Below are positions 17,532 to 27,652 of a stretch of DNA of 64,000 nucleotides, piece after piece. The DNA lies in NCBI GenBank assembly GCA_963848425.1, contig CAWKDO010000011.1:355-64354 (forward strand), given 5' to 3'. The stretch comes from an uncultured delta proteobacterium. Its GTDB lineage: Bacteria; Desulfobacterota; Desulfuromonadia; Desulfuromonadales; JACZKF01. The translations under genes and the position numbers were made by a program. Each line of letters starts with the position of its first letter. Within the stretch, counting starts at the first letter, position 1. The notes under the pieces are model-generated. The model did no database searches. It was not told the origin of the DNA and worked only from the letters and a program-made list of their open reading frames with translations.

Positions 17532-17996
17532 ATGCTTTGGGGAGTTCAGGTCATTCTCGCCTTGCTGGTACTCGCCCTTGCCGCGCCGGCGACCGGCGCC
17601 TCGCCAGAATATCATTGTACCCCAACCCTGCCGGATGCCGAGGGTCCGTTCTACCGGGCGGGCGCGCCGATGCGCAACAAAATCGGCGAAGGTTACCTGC
17701 TCGTGGGGCAGGTCAAATCGGCGGCGGACTGTGCACCGATCCGGGGGGCAAAGGTTGAAGTGTGGATGGCCGGACCGGACGGCCGCTACGACGACCGCTG
17801 GCGGGCGACCTTCTTCTCCCGTGAGGACGGCCGTTATTACTTCCAATCTCACTCTCCCGTCCCCTACGGCAGCCGTCCGCCTCACATCCACCTTTTAGTT
17901 GCCGCCGACGGCTTCGCCGAGCTGATCACCCAGCACTATCCAATACCGGGCAGTGCCGAGGCCGTTTTCGATCTGGTACTGATCCCTGCACCCTGA
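17532..17996 (+). CDS. intradiol ring-cleavage dioxygenase-like protein (secreted)
   Basis: Signal-like MLWGVQVILALLVLALAAPATGA, then PDAEGPFY, and YGSRPPHIH typical of the dioxygenase_C fold. A start at 17499 is also possible. Confidence 0.7.
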   Translation: MLWGVQVILALLVLALAAPATGASPEYHCTPTLPDAEGPFYRAGAPMRNKIGEGYLLVGQVKSAADCAPIRGAKVEVWMAGPDGRYDDRWRATFFSREDGRYYFQSHSPVPYGSRPPHIHLLVAADGFAELITQHYPIPGSAEAVFDLVLIPAP

Positions 17997-18150
17997 AGCG
18001 AATCTTAAAACCTGAAGCATGCACGCGGATCAAATCTGATAAATTGGATAAAGGCGGATTTTAAAACCACCATTTTTGCTTGATCCGATTTTTATCCGAT
18101 TCGATCAGACCTTATCCGCGTGAAACGGTTTTGCTTTTCCCTTGGCCAGG

Positions 18151-18179
18151 GCAAAAGAACGGGCGGCCAGATGCCGCCC
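18151..18179 (-). terminator. rho-independent terminator of the hydrolase gene
   Basis: Minus strand GGGCGGC-ATCTG-GCCGCCC followed by GTTCTTTTG, about 17 nt after the stop. Confidence 0.55.
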
Positions 18180-18195
18180 GAGAGAATCGGCGGGA

Positions 18196-18855
18196 TCAGG
18201 CCGTAACGTCTTCGGAACGCTTGGTCAGCAGCCAACGATAGATCCGCTCGTCCCGGTAGGCGGAGGTCGCGGTGCCGACGTGATCGAGCCCCTCGTCGAC
18301 GAAAATACGGTCCTCGACATCCAGCTCGGCCACCGGCGGATGCAGCTGCAGGAAATCGATGAATTGCCTGCTGATGGCCCGTGAGGCTTCGCCCGCGGAG
18401 AGCCACACCGGCAGACCGGGGTCGGCCGGCGGCACGCGGGTCGGGTTGACCGCCCACAGCGCCGCCCACAAGTCCGGTTCACCCAAAGCCAGATCGAAAA
18501 CACCATCGCCGCCATAGCTGAAGCCGGTCAGGTAAGTGCGTTTGGGATCGCCGCCGTGCCCCCACTGCACTTGCCCGACGATCTCCACCACCGCCTCGCT
18601 GTACAGTCGCCAGAGATCGCCGCGCTCGGGCAGCTGCGGGGCGACCAGGATGAAGTCGCGGGTGGCGATGGGCGCACTCTCCGGCCGCAAGGGACCATGA
18701 CGCACGATCGCGGAATAAATATCCGTCGGCGGACCTTCGCCGAGCCCGTGCAGAAAACAGAGGATCGGCCATTTGCCGGCCGGCTCTCCCGGCGGCAGCG
18801 AAAGCAGATAACTCAGGCCGCCGGCTTCGGCCAGGTGGAGATCGGAACGATTCAT
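18196..18855 (-). CDS. alpha/beta hydrolase (esterase family)
   Basis: 219 aa. LCFLHGLGE, nucleophile elbow GFSYGG, and late DHV. Confidence 0.65.
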   Translation of the reverse strand: MNRSDLHLAEAGGLSYLLSLPPGEPAGKWPILCFLHGLGEGPPTDIYSAIVRHGPLRPESAPIATRDFILVAPQLPERGDLWRLYSEAVVEIVGQVQWGHGGDPKRTYLTGFSYGGDGVFDLALGEPDLWAALWAVNPTRVPPADPGLPVWLSAGEASRAISRQFIDFLQLHPPVAELDVEDRIFVDEGLDHVGTATSAYRDERIYRWLLTKRSEDVTA

Positions 18856-19022
18856 ACGCCCCCGAAAATTGTTATTCTCGTTTCTGCTAGTTTAGAGGAT
18901 GACGCCGGCTTTGCCAGTGGGGAATGCCATGGAGGAGAAGAGCGAAAGACAGGAAGGAAAAAGGGCAGGCTATCTTCAAGAGTAGCCTGCCCCTTTTTAG
19001 CTGCGAAACCGAGACGGTATGG

Positions 19023-20160
19023 TTACTGGTACTGGATATAGAGCGGCTGCGGCTGCAGGCGCAGGACTTCCTCGGGGTCATCAGCGGGTCGCCCTTCTTG
19101 GTGTCGTTGTGGTAGAAGAGCTTGAACCCGGTGTACTGCACCGGCTCCGTGACCACATAATCCTTGTAACTGTCGCGCTTCAGCCACGGCGCGCCCCAGC
19201 CGTCCATGTGCATGACGATCTGCACCTCGGGGCGCAGCTTGATCTGCCGCGCGTTGGTCACCCCGTTGCGGGTGAAGCGGTGCACGACGAAGACCTTGGG
19301 AGGGAGATTGTACTTCTTGCACCAGATCCGCCAGATAGCCGGAGACGTAATTGATATCGGCCGCATCGTAGGTGCCGATCTTGGTCCCCGGGAACCTGTC
19401 CGCTGCGATCAGGTTGAACTCCGGGTCGATCCCCAGGTGGACATCGGGATTCTTCAGCATCCACTCAAAGCGCGGCAGGATGTGCGGATGTCGTCATGGC
19501 CGGTCTGGATGTCGATAAACAGGACGGCCTTGGCCTCCCTGGCCCAGCCGTAGACCTTGATTGACGACCTCGTCCGGCATGACCATGCGGTATTTGCCGG
19601 CCTTGCCCGGTTCGCCCTGGGCCACCACCGCGATCAGGTGCAGGGCCGGCTGTACCGGCGTGGCCGGGTCGGCCTTCTCCCACGCCTGCGTCTCGCCTTG
19701 AGTCGGCGCAGCATCTCGTCCTTCTGGATATTCGCCCAGCGCCCCCATCCGTTTGGAGAGCGGGTTGCCGTAGTAGGCCACGATCCGCTTCGCCGGCAGG
19801 ATCGACCCCGGCAGCGGCTCGGGCATGTTGACCGGCCAGCCGCACTTGCGGGCATATTCAGGGTTCTCGCCGGCATTATAGCGACGGCTCTCTTTGGAGG
19901 CGGCGGGATCGATGGCCGGCACGGCAGGATCAAGTTTCGGCGTAGCGGCAACCGGCACGGGCGCGGTTGTCGGCAGAACGATCGGCGCCGGCGGATCGAC
20001 CACCGGCACGGCAGGCGCGGCAACGGGCGGCGCGCCAGTCGCCGGCAACGATGCTTCGGCGGCGGTCGGAGCCAGTACGGCGGAATTATCGGTGCCGCAT
20101 CCCGATAGAACCAGCAGCAGCCCAAGGGCAGGCAGCAGTCGGGTGGCCTCGCGGCCAAAA
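19023..20160 (-). pseudogene. conserved lipoprotein, at least three frameshifts as assembled
   Basis: Pieces in three frames (19494..20360, 19023..19460, 18887..19366 and others) join into one protein: lipobox LLLVLSGCG, Pro/Ala-rich linker, then ..GWPVNMPEPLPGSILPAKRIVAYYGNPLSKRMGALGEYP.. MLKNPDVHLGIDPEFNLIAADRFPGTKIGTYDAADINYVSGYLADLV.. VFVVHRFTRNGVTNARQIKLRPEVQIVMHMDGWGAPWLKRDSYKDYV..PLYIQYQ. Start not resolved. Confidence 0.55.
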
Positions 20161-20483
20161 GGAATGAACCGGTTCTGGCCGGCGGTGCGGCAGAGTTGGT
20201 CAGGCGAATGGAGACGATGCCGTCCCCGGACGCACGGGGGCAGCAAGAATGCGAGCGAGCGCATAGGATTGACGGTTCCTGTCAGGCTAAGAGGGCTCTT
20301 CGATAAATACGGGATGTGTTGCATTGTTCTTCGGCGCAGTTTTGCAAACTGAGGTTGCACTTGGTTGTACTACCAGAAGTGCTTTGTATATATACTTTTT
20401 GTTTGGAAGTCAACTACTTCGAAAGTTGGAGGGCTTCATGGGGGTAAGTAAATAGCAGCATCCGCTTGGGTGGGTGGAGCACG

Positions 20484-21256
20484 TCAGTATAAAATTTGCT
20501 CATCCGTAAAATACGTCGTTTTCGACGCGACTTTCTCCTTGATGATCGGGTGGCCGGTCGGACTTTTGGCGCGCTGCGGATTATGGATCAGGAGGAAATG
20601 CCGGATCTCGCCGCCTGTGATATCGGGGTTGGCGGCTCTAATTTTTTCTACGGCTTCAGTCAGCACCTTACGGATCGCAACCACCAATTCATCCAGGACA
20701 TTCCGGGGAATGCTCCCTGCTGCCGCTTTCGGCGAAATCCTGGCCACCCAAAGGATTCGTCCGCGTAAGCATTGCCGATGCCCCGCAGAATGACTTGATC
20801 GATCAGGAACGCTTTCGCCGGAGTCCGCGGCTTCGCCGCGGCTTTTTGCTGCAGATAAGCGGCACTGACTTCCAGTGCGTCCGGCGCGGCGCCGGGCTTC
20901 GGGTTGAGTGCGACTTTTACCAGCCCCTTGGGGTCGGTAATAACCAGCGCTGATCCGTCCTCGAACCGGATCGTCAACATCCTGTCGGTAAGCCGATCCG
21001 GTTTTTCCGTCAAGACAAAGCGGCCGGAGAGCATTAGATGGACGAGGAGCCGCTCTTTATTCGCGAAGCTGAATTCAATCTCTTTCCCGGATCTTGCTAC
21101 TTTTTCGATGACCGTGCCGATCACGGCGTCGCTCAAGGCCTGCGAATCGACGTTCAAGCGCTTGTTGCCGTGACTATCGACAAACCCCACCTTTTTGCCG
21201 CCGAGCCGCCGCTGCAGATTTTCGGCAAACACGGTCAGATCCGGCAATTCCGGCAT
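20484..21256 (-). pseudogene. Fpg/Nei-family DNA glycosylase, one frameshift near 20750 as assembled
   Basis: N-terminal MPELPDL (catalytic Pro2/Glu3). H2TH segment AFLIDQVILRGIGNAYADE, then a frame change into ..ARISPKAAAGSIPRNVLDELVVAIRKVL.. (ORF 20484..20747). Confidence 0.75.
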
Positions 21257-21294
21257 GTGCTTTCCTTTCGTGTCAAACCGCGGGTGCGGAACGC

Positions 21295-23913
21295 TCAGGG
21301 ATGGAATCCGGGGGCAACCGGGACGTGTCGCTTCAAGCTTTCTCCCGCTGAGGCATTTGTCAAGGCCATCAAAAGAGCGGCCAGATAGGGGAGGGACTGG
21401 ACGCAGAGAGCAAGCCCCCAGAGGATTGTGCCGTGGAAATTCTTGCCCTGCACCCAGATCACCCCGGTCGCCGCGGCGAGGAGAGCGAGCGCCAGCACCG
21501 TTTCTTCACAGGCGCTAAAGAGTGCCCGCACCAGGGCCGGATGATTTTCGCACTTCGGCGTGCGGAAAAACGGTTTGCCGCTGGTCCAGAAACCCGCGAC
21601 CATCGCCTTGGCAATGGTATGGGTCAAGGCCAGTCCGGCCAAGGCGGCCGCCAGGGTCTGCAGGCGCGTGGCGCCGACCCGGGACCGATATAGAATGACC
21701 AGCTTGCCCACCTTGAAGAGAAAAAGGGCCAGCGGCGGAATGGTGAACAGGGCCAGCGGCGGATCTGTGTGTTGCGGGTCGATGATGAGGACGGCAGACC
21801 AGGCCAGGGCGGCCAGCGTGTAGAAAAGGTTCATGCCATCGGCCACCCAGGGGAGCCAGCCGGCAATAAAGTGGTAGCGCTGGCCGCGGGTCAGGCGCGT
21901 GCCGTCCAGGCCAATGAGGTCCCGCAGGTGCCGGCGCATGATCTGCATCGACCCATAAGCCCAGCGGTAGCGCTGTTTTTTGTAATCGAGAAAGGTGTCG
22001 GGCATCACGCCACGGCCGTAGCTCTGTTCCGTGTACACGGCTTCGTAGCCGCCCATGAAAACGCGCAGGCCGAGTTCGGCATCCTCGGTGATGCACCATT
22101 CGGCCCAGCCACCGACCTGCTTCAGGACCGAGGTCCGCACCATGGTCATGGTTCCGTGTTCGATGATGGCGTTGCGTTCGTTTCTGGTGACCATGCCGAT
22201 ATGAAAGAATCCCTTGTACTCGGCATGGCACATCGCTTTGAAGGCGTTTCCCTCGCCGTCCCGATAATCCTGGGGCGCCTGCACGATGCCGATTTCCGGG
22301 CGGTCGAAGTGGGGAATCAGATCGTGCAACCACCGTGGATCGACCTGGTAATCGCTGTCGATCACGGCAACGATTTCGGCCTTGGCATCTGTTCTTGCCA
22401 GGGCATAGTTGAGCGCTCCGGCCTTGAATCCCTGGAGCGGATCGACGTGGAAGAAACGGAAACGGGGACCGAGACAGCGGCAATGCTCCGCCACCGGGCG
22501 CCAGACCCGGGGATCCTTCGTGTTGTTGTCAATTACCAGCACTTCGAAATCGGGATAATCGAGGCGCGACAGGGCGTTGAGGGTTTCCACCAGCATTTCC
22601 GGCGGTTCATTGTAGGCGGGAACATGAATCGAGACCTTCGGTAGCGGACTGGAAAGCAACGTCCTCATGGCATCCGCCACGGCGAAAGGACGCCGGCGCC
22701 GCTTCACCCAGCGCGCTTCCGCCAGCTCATGCGCCTCGGTAAACAGGACCAGGCAAATCCCGAAAAAGCCCAACAGCAGCACAACGCCGATGGCGATGGA
22801 AAAGGGGGTGAAGTATTGCTGGCCATAATCGTAGGCGACCCAGACCACCATGGCCGCCACGCCGTAGGCAACCACGGCGAGAAAAGTTCGCCCGCGCCGG
22901 CCCAACGCCTGGCCGTCAATGAGCAGCATGATTAGACCTACCAGGCCCATGGCAACGGAAATACCGGCAAGTATGCGCCAATGGGGGACCGGGACGATCG
23001 GTTTCGTGAACTCGAACTTCTGTTGCCGGTCGAGATTGTAAACCCCCCAATAGGCGCCCACCGCCCCTTCCGTATCGGTCTTCCACGGCTGGTCGAAAGC
23101 TTCCATCAGGAAATAATCGAAGTGCTCCTTTTCGGCCCGGGCGAGAAAACGGCGCAGGAAGATCGCCTCATTGGCTTCGGAGGCGACGGCGCCGCGCAAC
23201 GTCCGCCCATTACTCGGCCAGCCCACTTCGGCCAGCAGCACCGGTTTCCCCGGGAAAGCCGCCTCCAGCTGCCGCACGTTGGCGACCACATGCTCCACCG
23301 CCTCCCCCAGGGCGACCCCTTCCCAGTAAGGAAGAAAATGGGCGGCAATGAAATCGGCGTGTGCGGCAAGCTGAGGGTGCGCCAACCACACATGCCACGG
23401 CTCGCCGGTGCTGACCGGCACGCGCAGCGATCGGCGCACCCGGTCGAGATAGGCCGCGAGCTGCTCGGCACTGAGATCGCCGCGCAGGAGGGCCTCGTTG
23501 CCGACGACGACCCGCGAAACGTTCGGGTTAACCAGGGCGATGGAGATGAGCCTTTCGATTTCCCGATCATTTTCTTCCAGGTTGGAGGTCAACCACGCCC
23601 CCAGCGTCACCTTGATTTTATGTTTGTTTGCCATAGCAGGGATGTCGGCCTGCGCACCGCCGAGGCCGTAGGTGCGAATCGAGCGAACCTTGCCGGCCAG
23701 CAATTTCAGGTCGCTGTCAACCTCGTCATGGCTGGGAAACAGGTTTTTTTCCGGATCGTTCCCCGCCCGCAGCGGGGAAAAAGACATGCCAGCCACCTGA
23801 TAGGGCCATGGCGGCTCCGAAGAGGGTTTATTGCCCATCGCCCAGACACCGATGGTAGCGAAACCGAAGATCACGGCAATCAACGGGTTGACCCACCAAC
23901 GAAATTTTTTCAT
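21295..23913 (-). CDS. bifunctional GH17-like glucanase / family-2 glycosyltransferase (NdvB-like beta-1,3-glucan synthase)
   Basis: 872 aa and intact. The N-terminal domain has VVVGNEAL and LAEVGWPS (GH17 catalytic Glu contexts). TM segments follow, then GT2 motifs VSIHVPAYNEP, VIDNNT, VIDSDY and QRYRWAYG (QxxRW). The architecture matches Pseudomonas NdvB from memory. Confidence 0.7.
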   Translation of the reverse strand: MKKFRWWVNPLIAVIFGFATIGVWAMGNKPSSEPPWPYQVAGMSFSPLRAGNDPEKNLFPSHDEVDSDLKLLAGKVRSIRTYGLGGAQADIPAMANKHKIKVTLGAWLTSNLEENDREIERLISIALVNPNVSRVVVGNEALLRGDLSAEQLAAYLDRVRRSLRVPVSTGEPWHVWLAHPQLAAHADFIAAHFLPYWEGVALGEAVEHVVANVRQLEAAFPGKPVLLAEVGWPSNGRTLRGAVASEANEAIFLRRFLARAEKEHFDYFLMEAFDQPWKTDTEGAVGAYWGVYNLDRQQKFEFTKPIVPVPHWRILAGISVAMGLVGLIMLLIDGQALGRRGRTFLAVVAYGVAAMVVWVAYDYGQQYFTPFSIAIGVVLLLGFFGICLVLFTEAHELAEARWVKRRRRPFAVADAMRTLLSSPLPKVSIHVPAYNEPPEMLVETLNALSRLDYPDFEVLVIDNNTKDPRVWRPVAEHCRCLGPRFRFFHVDPLQGFKAGALNYALARTDAKAEIVAVIDSDYQVDPRWLHDLIPHFDRPEIGIVQAPQDYRDGEGNAFKAMCHAEYKGFFHIGMVTRNERNAIIEHGTMTMVRTSVLKQVGGWAEWCITEDAELGLRVFMGGYEAVYTEQSYGRGVMPDTFLDYKKQRYRWAYGSMQIMRRHLRDLIGLDGTRLTRGQRYHFIAGWLPWVADGMNLFYTLAALAWSAVLIIDPQHTDPPLALFTIPPLALFLFKVGKLVILYRSRVGATRLQTLAAALAGLALTHTIAKAMVAGFWTSGKPFFRTPKCENHPALVRALFSACEETVLALALLAAATGVIWVQGKNFHGTILWGLALCVQSLPYLAALLMALTNASAGESLKRHVPVAPGFHP

Positions 23914-24134
23914 GGCATGAATCCCTTTTCCGGATTATTCGTCATTTCATGGCTCCGACTACCCGCTCTGTATGGCCACCCTTTTGCGATGGCGCGCCGG
24001 ACGACGGATTAAGAGGTAAAGTATATGCAAAAAAAAGACCTTTCTCCGCGATATTATTGCCTATCACGAAAAAAGGTCTGGCAAGGCTCGGTGGTGCATT
24101 AAGTCGCCCCCTGCGACCCGTGATCATTGTCGGG

Positions 24135-24518
24135 TTAGCGATTCGCCTTCAGCGCCCTTTCATAAGCCTCCGGTGAAAACCCCTGGATCTTTTGCCCGTT
24201 GATAACGGCAAAAGGAACACCGCCGCGTTTGTCGAGACGTTTTTTCCGCTGGGCGGCCAGCTCATCCTTTTCGATGTCATAGGAGGTAAATGGAATGCCC
24301 CGTGAGCGGAGGTACTGCGCTGCTTGCTTGCAGTAAGGGCACCAGTTCGTGACATAAAGTTCGACCTTGGGCGCCGCGCTTTCTTCGACAGCAACATCCT
24401 TCATTTCGGAATGAATCTCCCCCTGCTCGTCGATCCAGATGATTTTTTCCGCCAGCGCCGGTCCGTTCGCCACCAGCAGCAAAAACAACAGGGCTACCGC
24501 CAAAACGCTCTCCCGCAT
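24135..24518 (-). CDS. secreted glutaredoxin/thioredoxin-fold protein
   Basis: Signal-like MRESVLAVALLFLLLVANGPALA. CPYC active site (YVTNWCPYCKQA). GVPFAVINGQKIQGF. Confidence 0.75.
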   Translation of the reverse strand: MRESVLAVALLFLLLVANGPALAEKIIWIDEQGEIHSEMKDVAVEESAAPKVELYVTNWCPYCKQAAQYLRSRGIPFTSYDIEKDELAAQRKKRLDKRGGVPFAVINGQKIQGFSPEAYERALKANR

Positions 24519-24698
24519 TTTTTCCTCCTGCAAAATGGTGATCATCTTTCAACTGGAAAGAGTGTAAAGTGTCGTCTGAATAATGCCACTGCTTGCGGCA
24601 AAGTTTCACCCGCACGGCAAGCGCCATGCCTTTTTTAGTCTCACCTGTCGGCGGAAGGGCCGTCGGCAGCGTATTTTCCCTCATCCGGATTTGGGCAT

Positions 24699-26456
24699 AT
24701 GACCGAAGAAATCGCCATCACCTTCGCGCAACTCTCCCTTGCGCCCGCTGTCTGCCGGGCCATCGATGAAGTCGGTTACGAGACGCCCCTCGCCGATCCA
24801 GGCCGCGACCATCCCGCCGCTGCTGGCGGGCCGCGACGTCGTCGGCCAGGCGCAGACCGGCACCGGCAAGACCGCCGCCTTCGCCCTGCCGATCCTGTCG
24901 CCGCCTCGACCCGCGCAGAAGGCGCCGCAGGTCCTGGTGCTGACGCCCGACCCGCGAGCTCGCGCTGCAGGTCGCCGAGGCGATCGCAGACGCTACGCCC
25001 GCACATCTGCCGGGCTTCCACGTGCTGCCGGTCTACGGCGGCCAGGAGTACGGCGCTGCAGCTGCGCCAGCTGCGGCGCGGCGTGCAGGTCGTCGTCGGC
25101 ACCCCGGGCCGGGTCATGGACCACCTGCGACGGGCACCCTCGACCTGTCGGAGCTCAGCGCGCTGGTGCTCGACGAGGCCGACGAGATGCTGCGCATGGG
25201 CTTCGTCGAGGACGTCGAGCGGATCCTCGCGCACGACCCCGCCCGAGCGGCAGACCGCGCTGTTCTCGGCGACCATGCCGCACGGAGATCCGCAGGATCG
25301 CCCGCGAGTACCTCAACGACCCGGTGGAGATCCGCATCCAGACCAAGACCTCGACCGTCGACGACCATCGCGCAGCGCTACTGGCAGGTCAGCGGCCTGC
25401 AGAAGCTCGACGCCCTGACCCGCATCCTCGAGGTCGAAGAGTTCGAGGCGATGATCGTCTTCGTCCGCACCAAGAACGAGACCGCGAGCTCGCCGAGAAG
25501 CTGCGGGCGCGCGGCTTCTCCGCCGCCGCCCTCAACGGCGACATGGCCCAGGCGCAGCGCGAGCGACCATCGACCGGCTCAAGAGCGGCAAGCTCGACAT
25601 CCTGGTCGCCACCGACGTCGCCGCCCGCGGCCTCGACGTCGAGCGCATCAGCCACGTCGTCAACTACGACATCCCCACCGACACCGAGGCCTACGTCCAC
25701 CGCATCGGCCGCACCGGCCGCGCCGGGCGCGAGGGGAAGGCGATCCTCTTCGTCGCCCCGCGCGAGATGCGCATGCTCAACGCGCATCGAGCAGGCCACC
25801 CGGCAGCCGATCACGGCCGATGAGTCTGCCGACCCGCAAAGAGATCGCCAATCGCCGCGTCAGTCCTATTCAAGGAACAGATTGCGCAGACGATGGAATC
25901 CCAGGAGCTCGAATTCTTCGAGGAGTTGATCGACAGCTACCAGAGCGAGTACGACGTCGGCTTGCGCCGCATCGCCGCCACGCTCGCTTTTCTGGTGCAG
26001 AAGGAGCGGCCGCTGCAGCTGGAGGAAAGCGCCGCCGAGGAGGCCGCTGCAGCTGCGCCGCCCACCCCCGTTGGCCGGGAGAGGAGCATCCCCGAGGGCG
26101 GCTTCCAGCGCTACCGCATCGACGTCGGCCGCATGCATGGAGTGGAACCGCGGCATATCGTCGGCGCTATCACCAACGAAGCACAGCTCAGCAGCTGCGA
26201 CATCGGCCAGATCAGAATTCAGGAGGATCATTGCCTGGTCGACCTGCCGCAGAAACTACCGCCCAAGATCCTGCGGCATCTGCAAGGGGTCTGGGTGTGC
26301 GGCCGGCAGTTGCAGCTGCGGCCGTCTGGCGAAAGTGCGGGCGGGCGGCCCGGCGGCCCTCCGAAACGACGGCCGCCAGGCAAGGGTGGGGAATTTCGGC
26401 CATCCCGGCCAGCGCCTAAAAAGTCACCGCCCAGCCGGAAACCACCAAAGAAATAG
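24699..26456 (+). pseudogene. deaD: DEAD-box RNA helicase (DeaD/CsdA-like), at least ten frame switches as assembled
   Basis: Motifs are scattered over all three forward frames: [10 protein letters not shown] (Q), AQTGTGKT (I), VLDEADEML (II), LFSATMP (III), [23 protein letters not shown] (VI). A DbpA-like C-terminal domain and basic tail lie in ORF 25893..26456. The first switch is an extra C in CCCC at ~24787. Confidence 0.85.
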
Positions 26457-26501
26457 CTGAAAGCTGAATTTGTAACGAAAATTTTAGGATAACAGGCGAC
26501 A

Positions 26502-26711
26502 ATGGAAGAATTTGAACTGGGAGATCACGAATTCATCGAACTCAACAACCTGCTCAAGGTGACCGGGCTCTGTGCCAGCGGCGGGGCGGCCAAAGCCCTG
26601 ATCGCCGAGGGGATGGTCAAGGTCGATGGCGGGGTGGAATTGCGCAAGCGCTGCAAGATACGGCAAGGGCAGCGTGTCGAATTCGAAGGTCACGAGATCG
26701 TCGTCGTCTGA
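26502..26711 (+). CDS. S4-domain RNA-binding protein (YbcJ-like)
   Basis: 69 aa. LNNLLKVTGLCASGGAAKALIAEGMVKVDGGVELRKRCKIRQGQRVEF parallels E. coli YbcJ. Confidence 0.75.
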   Translation: MEEFELGDHEFIELNNLLKVTGLCASGGAAKALIAEGMVKVDGGVELRKRCKIRQGQRVEFEGHEIVVV

Positions 26712-26939
26712 ATGGAAGCTTTCGATCACCGCGCCCTGCTCGAACTTGCCGCCGCCCGCATGCCTTTCGGCAAATATGCGGGCCGGCTGCTCATCGATCT
26801 CCCCGAGCACTATCTCGTCTGGTTTGCCAGGCAGGGCTTTCCCGAGGGGAAACTCGGCTGCCTGCTGCAGGCGGTCTACGAAATCCAGCTGAACGGCCTG
26901 GAGTACCTGTTCGATCCGCTGCGCCCGCCACCGGAATGA
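26712..26939 (+). CDS. DUF3820-family protein
   Basis: 75 aa. MPFGKYAGRLLIDLPEHYLVWFARQGFPEGKLG matches the DUF3820 pattern from memory. Confidence 0.7.
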   Translation: MEAFDHRALLELAAARMPFGKYAGRLLIDLPEHYLVWFARQGFPEGKLGCLLQAVYEIQLNGLEYLFDPLRPPPE

Positions 26940-26960
26940 TACCAATGCGACTACGCCTCC

Positions 26961-27206
26961 ATGTCTGAGGAAAGACCAACCGATCATCGCGAAGAAGGGG
27001 TCGATGTCCCGTACGAGCGGATCGACCCGGAGACGTTGCGGAAGTTGCTCCAGGAGTTTGTGACGCGCGAGGGATCGGACTGGAGTGAGGCAGACGGTAC
27101 GCTGGAGGACAAGGTTGAGCAGGTGCTGCAACGATTGCGGGACCGAAAGGTGAAAGTCGTTTTCGACCTGACGTTGCAAACGGCCAATATCGTCGTCTGC
27201 CGCTGA
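26961..27206 (+). CDS. YheU-family (UPF0270) protein
   Basis: 81 aa. VPYERIDPETLRKLLQEFVTREGSDWSEADGTLEDKVEQVLQRL parallels YheU. Confidence 0.7.
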   Translation: MSEERPTDHREEGVDVPYERIDPETLRKLLQEFVTREGSDWSEADGTLEDKVEQVLQRLRDRKVKVVFDLTLQTANIVVCR

Positions 27207-27340
27207 AAGCCACTGCCAAGCCGCACCCGTAAGAGCTTCCCTCCGTCTGGTATATTTACCCTATCCCGACGAGAGTCCGTTCGTCAGCGGGATGCCGGCG
27301 AACGCTGCCGTGCCCATCACCATTTTGGGAGAGACTATCC

Positions 27341-27628
27341 ATGGCCGAAAGCTTCGAAGGGTATCCCCCGGCTACTGCAGAAGAGGTGCGCATCACCGCC
27401 CTGATGAACGTCCTTTACTATGCGCAAATAGAAGACGTTGAAGGATTGCTCACCTGGAGCCGCCTGCTGGCGCGCTCCGGGGATTTGTCCGAGGAATCGC
27501 CGACTGAGGTGGAAAAGGCGATCGCCGACGTTGTCACCCTGAGCCTGGCCGAGGAAACCCCCGATCCGGAGCGGCTGAAGGCTGCTTTTGCCACCGCTTG
27601 CCGGATGCTGGGGGTCGAACCGTCATAG
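27341..27628 (+). CDS. hypothetical protein
   Basis: 95-aa acidic ORF with GGGAGAG upstream. No family recognised. Confidence 0.45.
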   Translation: MAESFEGYPPATAEEVRITALMNVLYYAQIEDVEGLLTWSRLLARSGDLSEESPTEVEKAIADVVTLSLAEETPDPERLKAAFATACRMLGVEPS

Positions 27629-27652
27629 GGGGCGCGAGTCGCCGGAGCTTCC

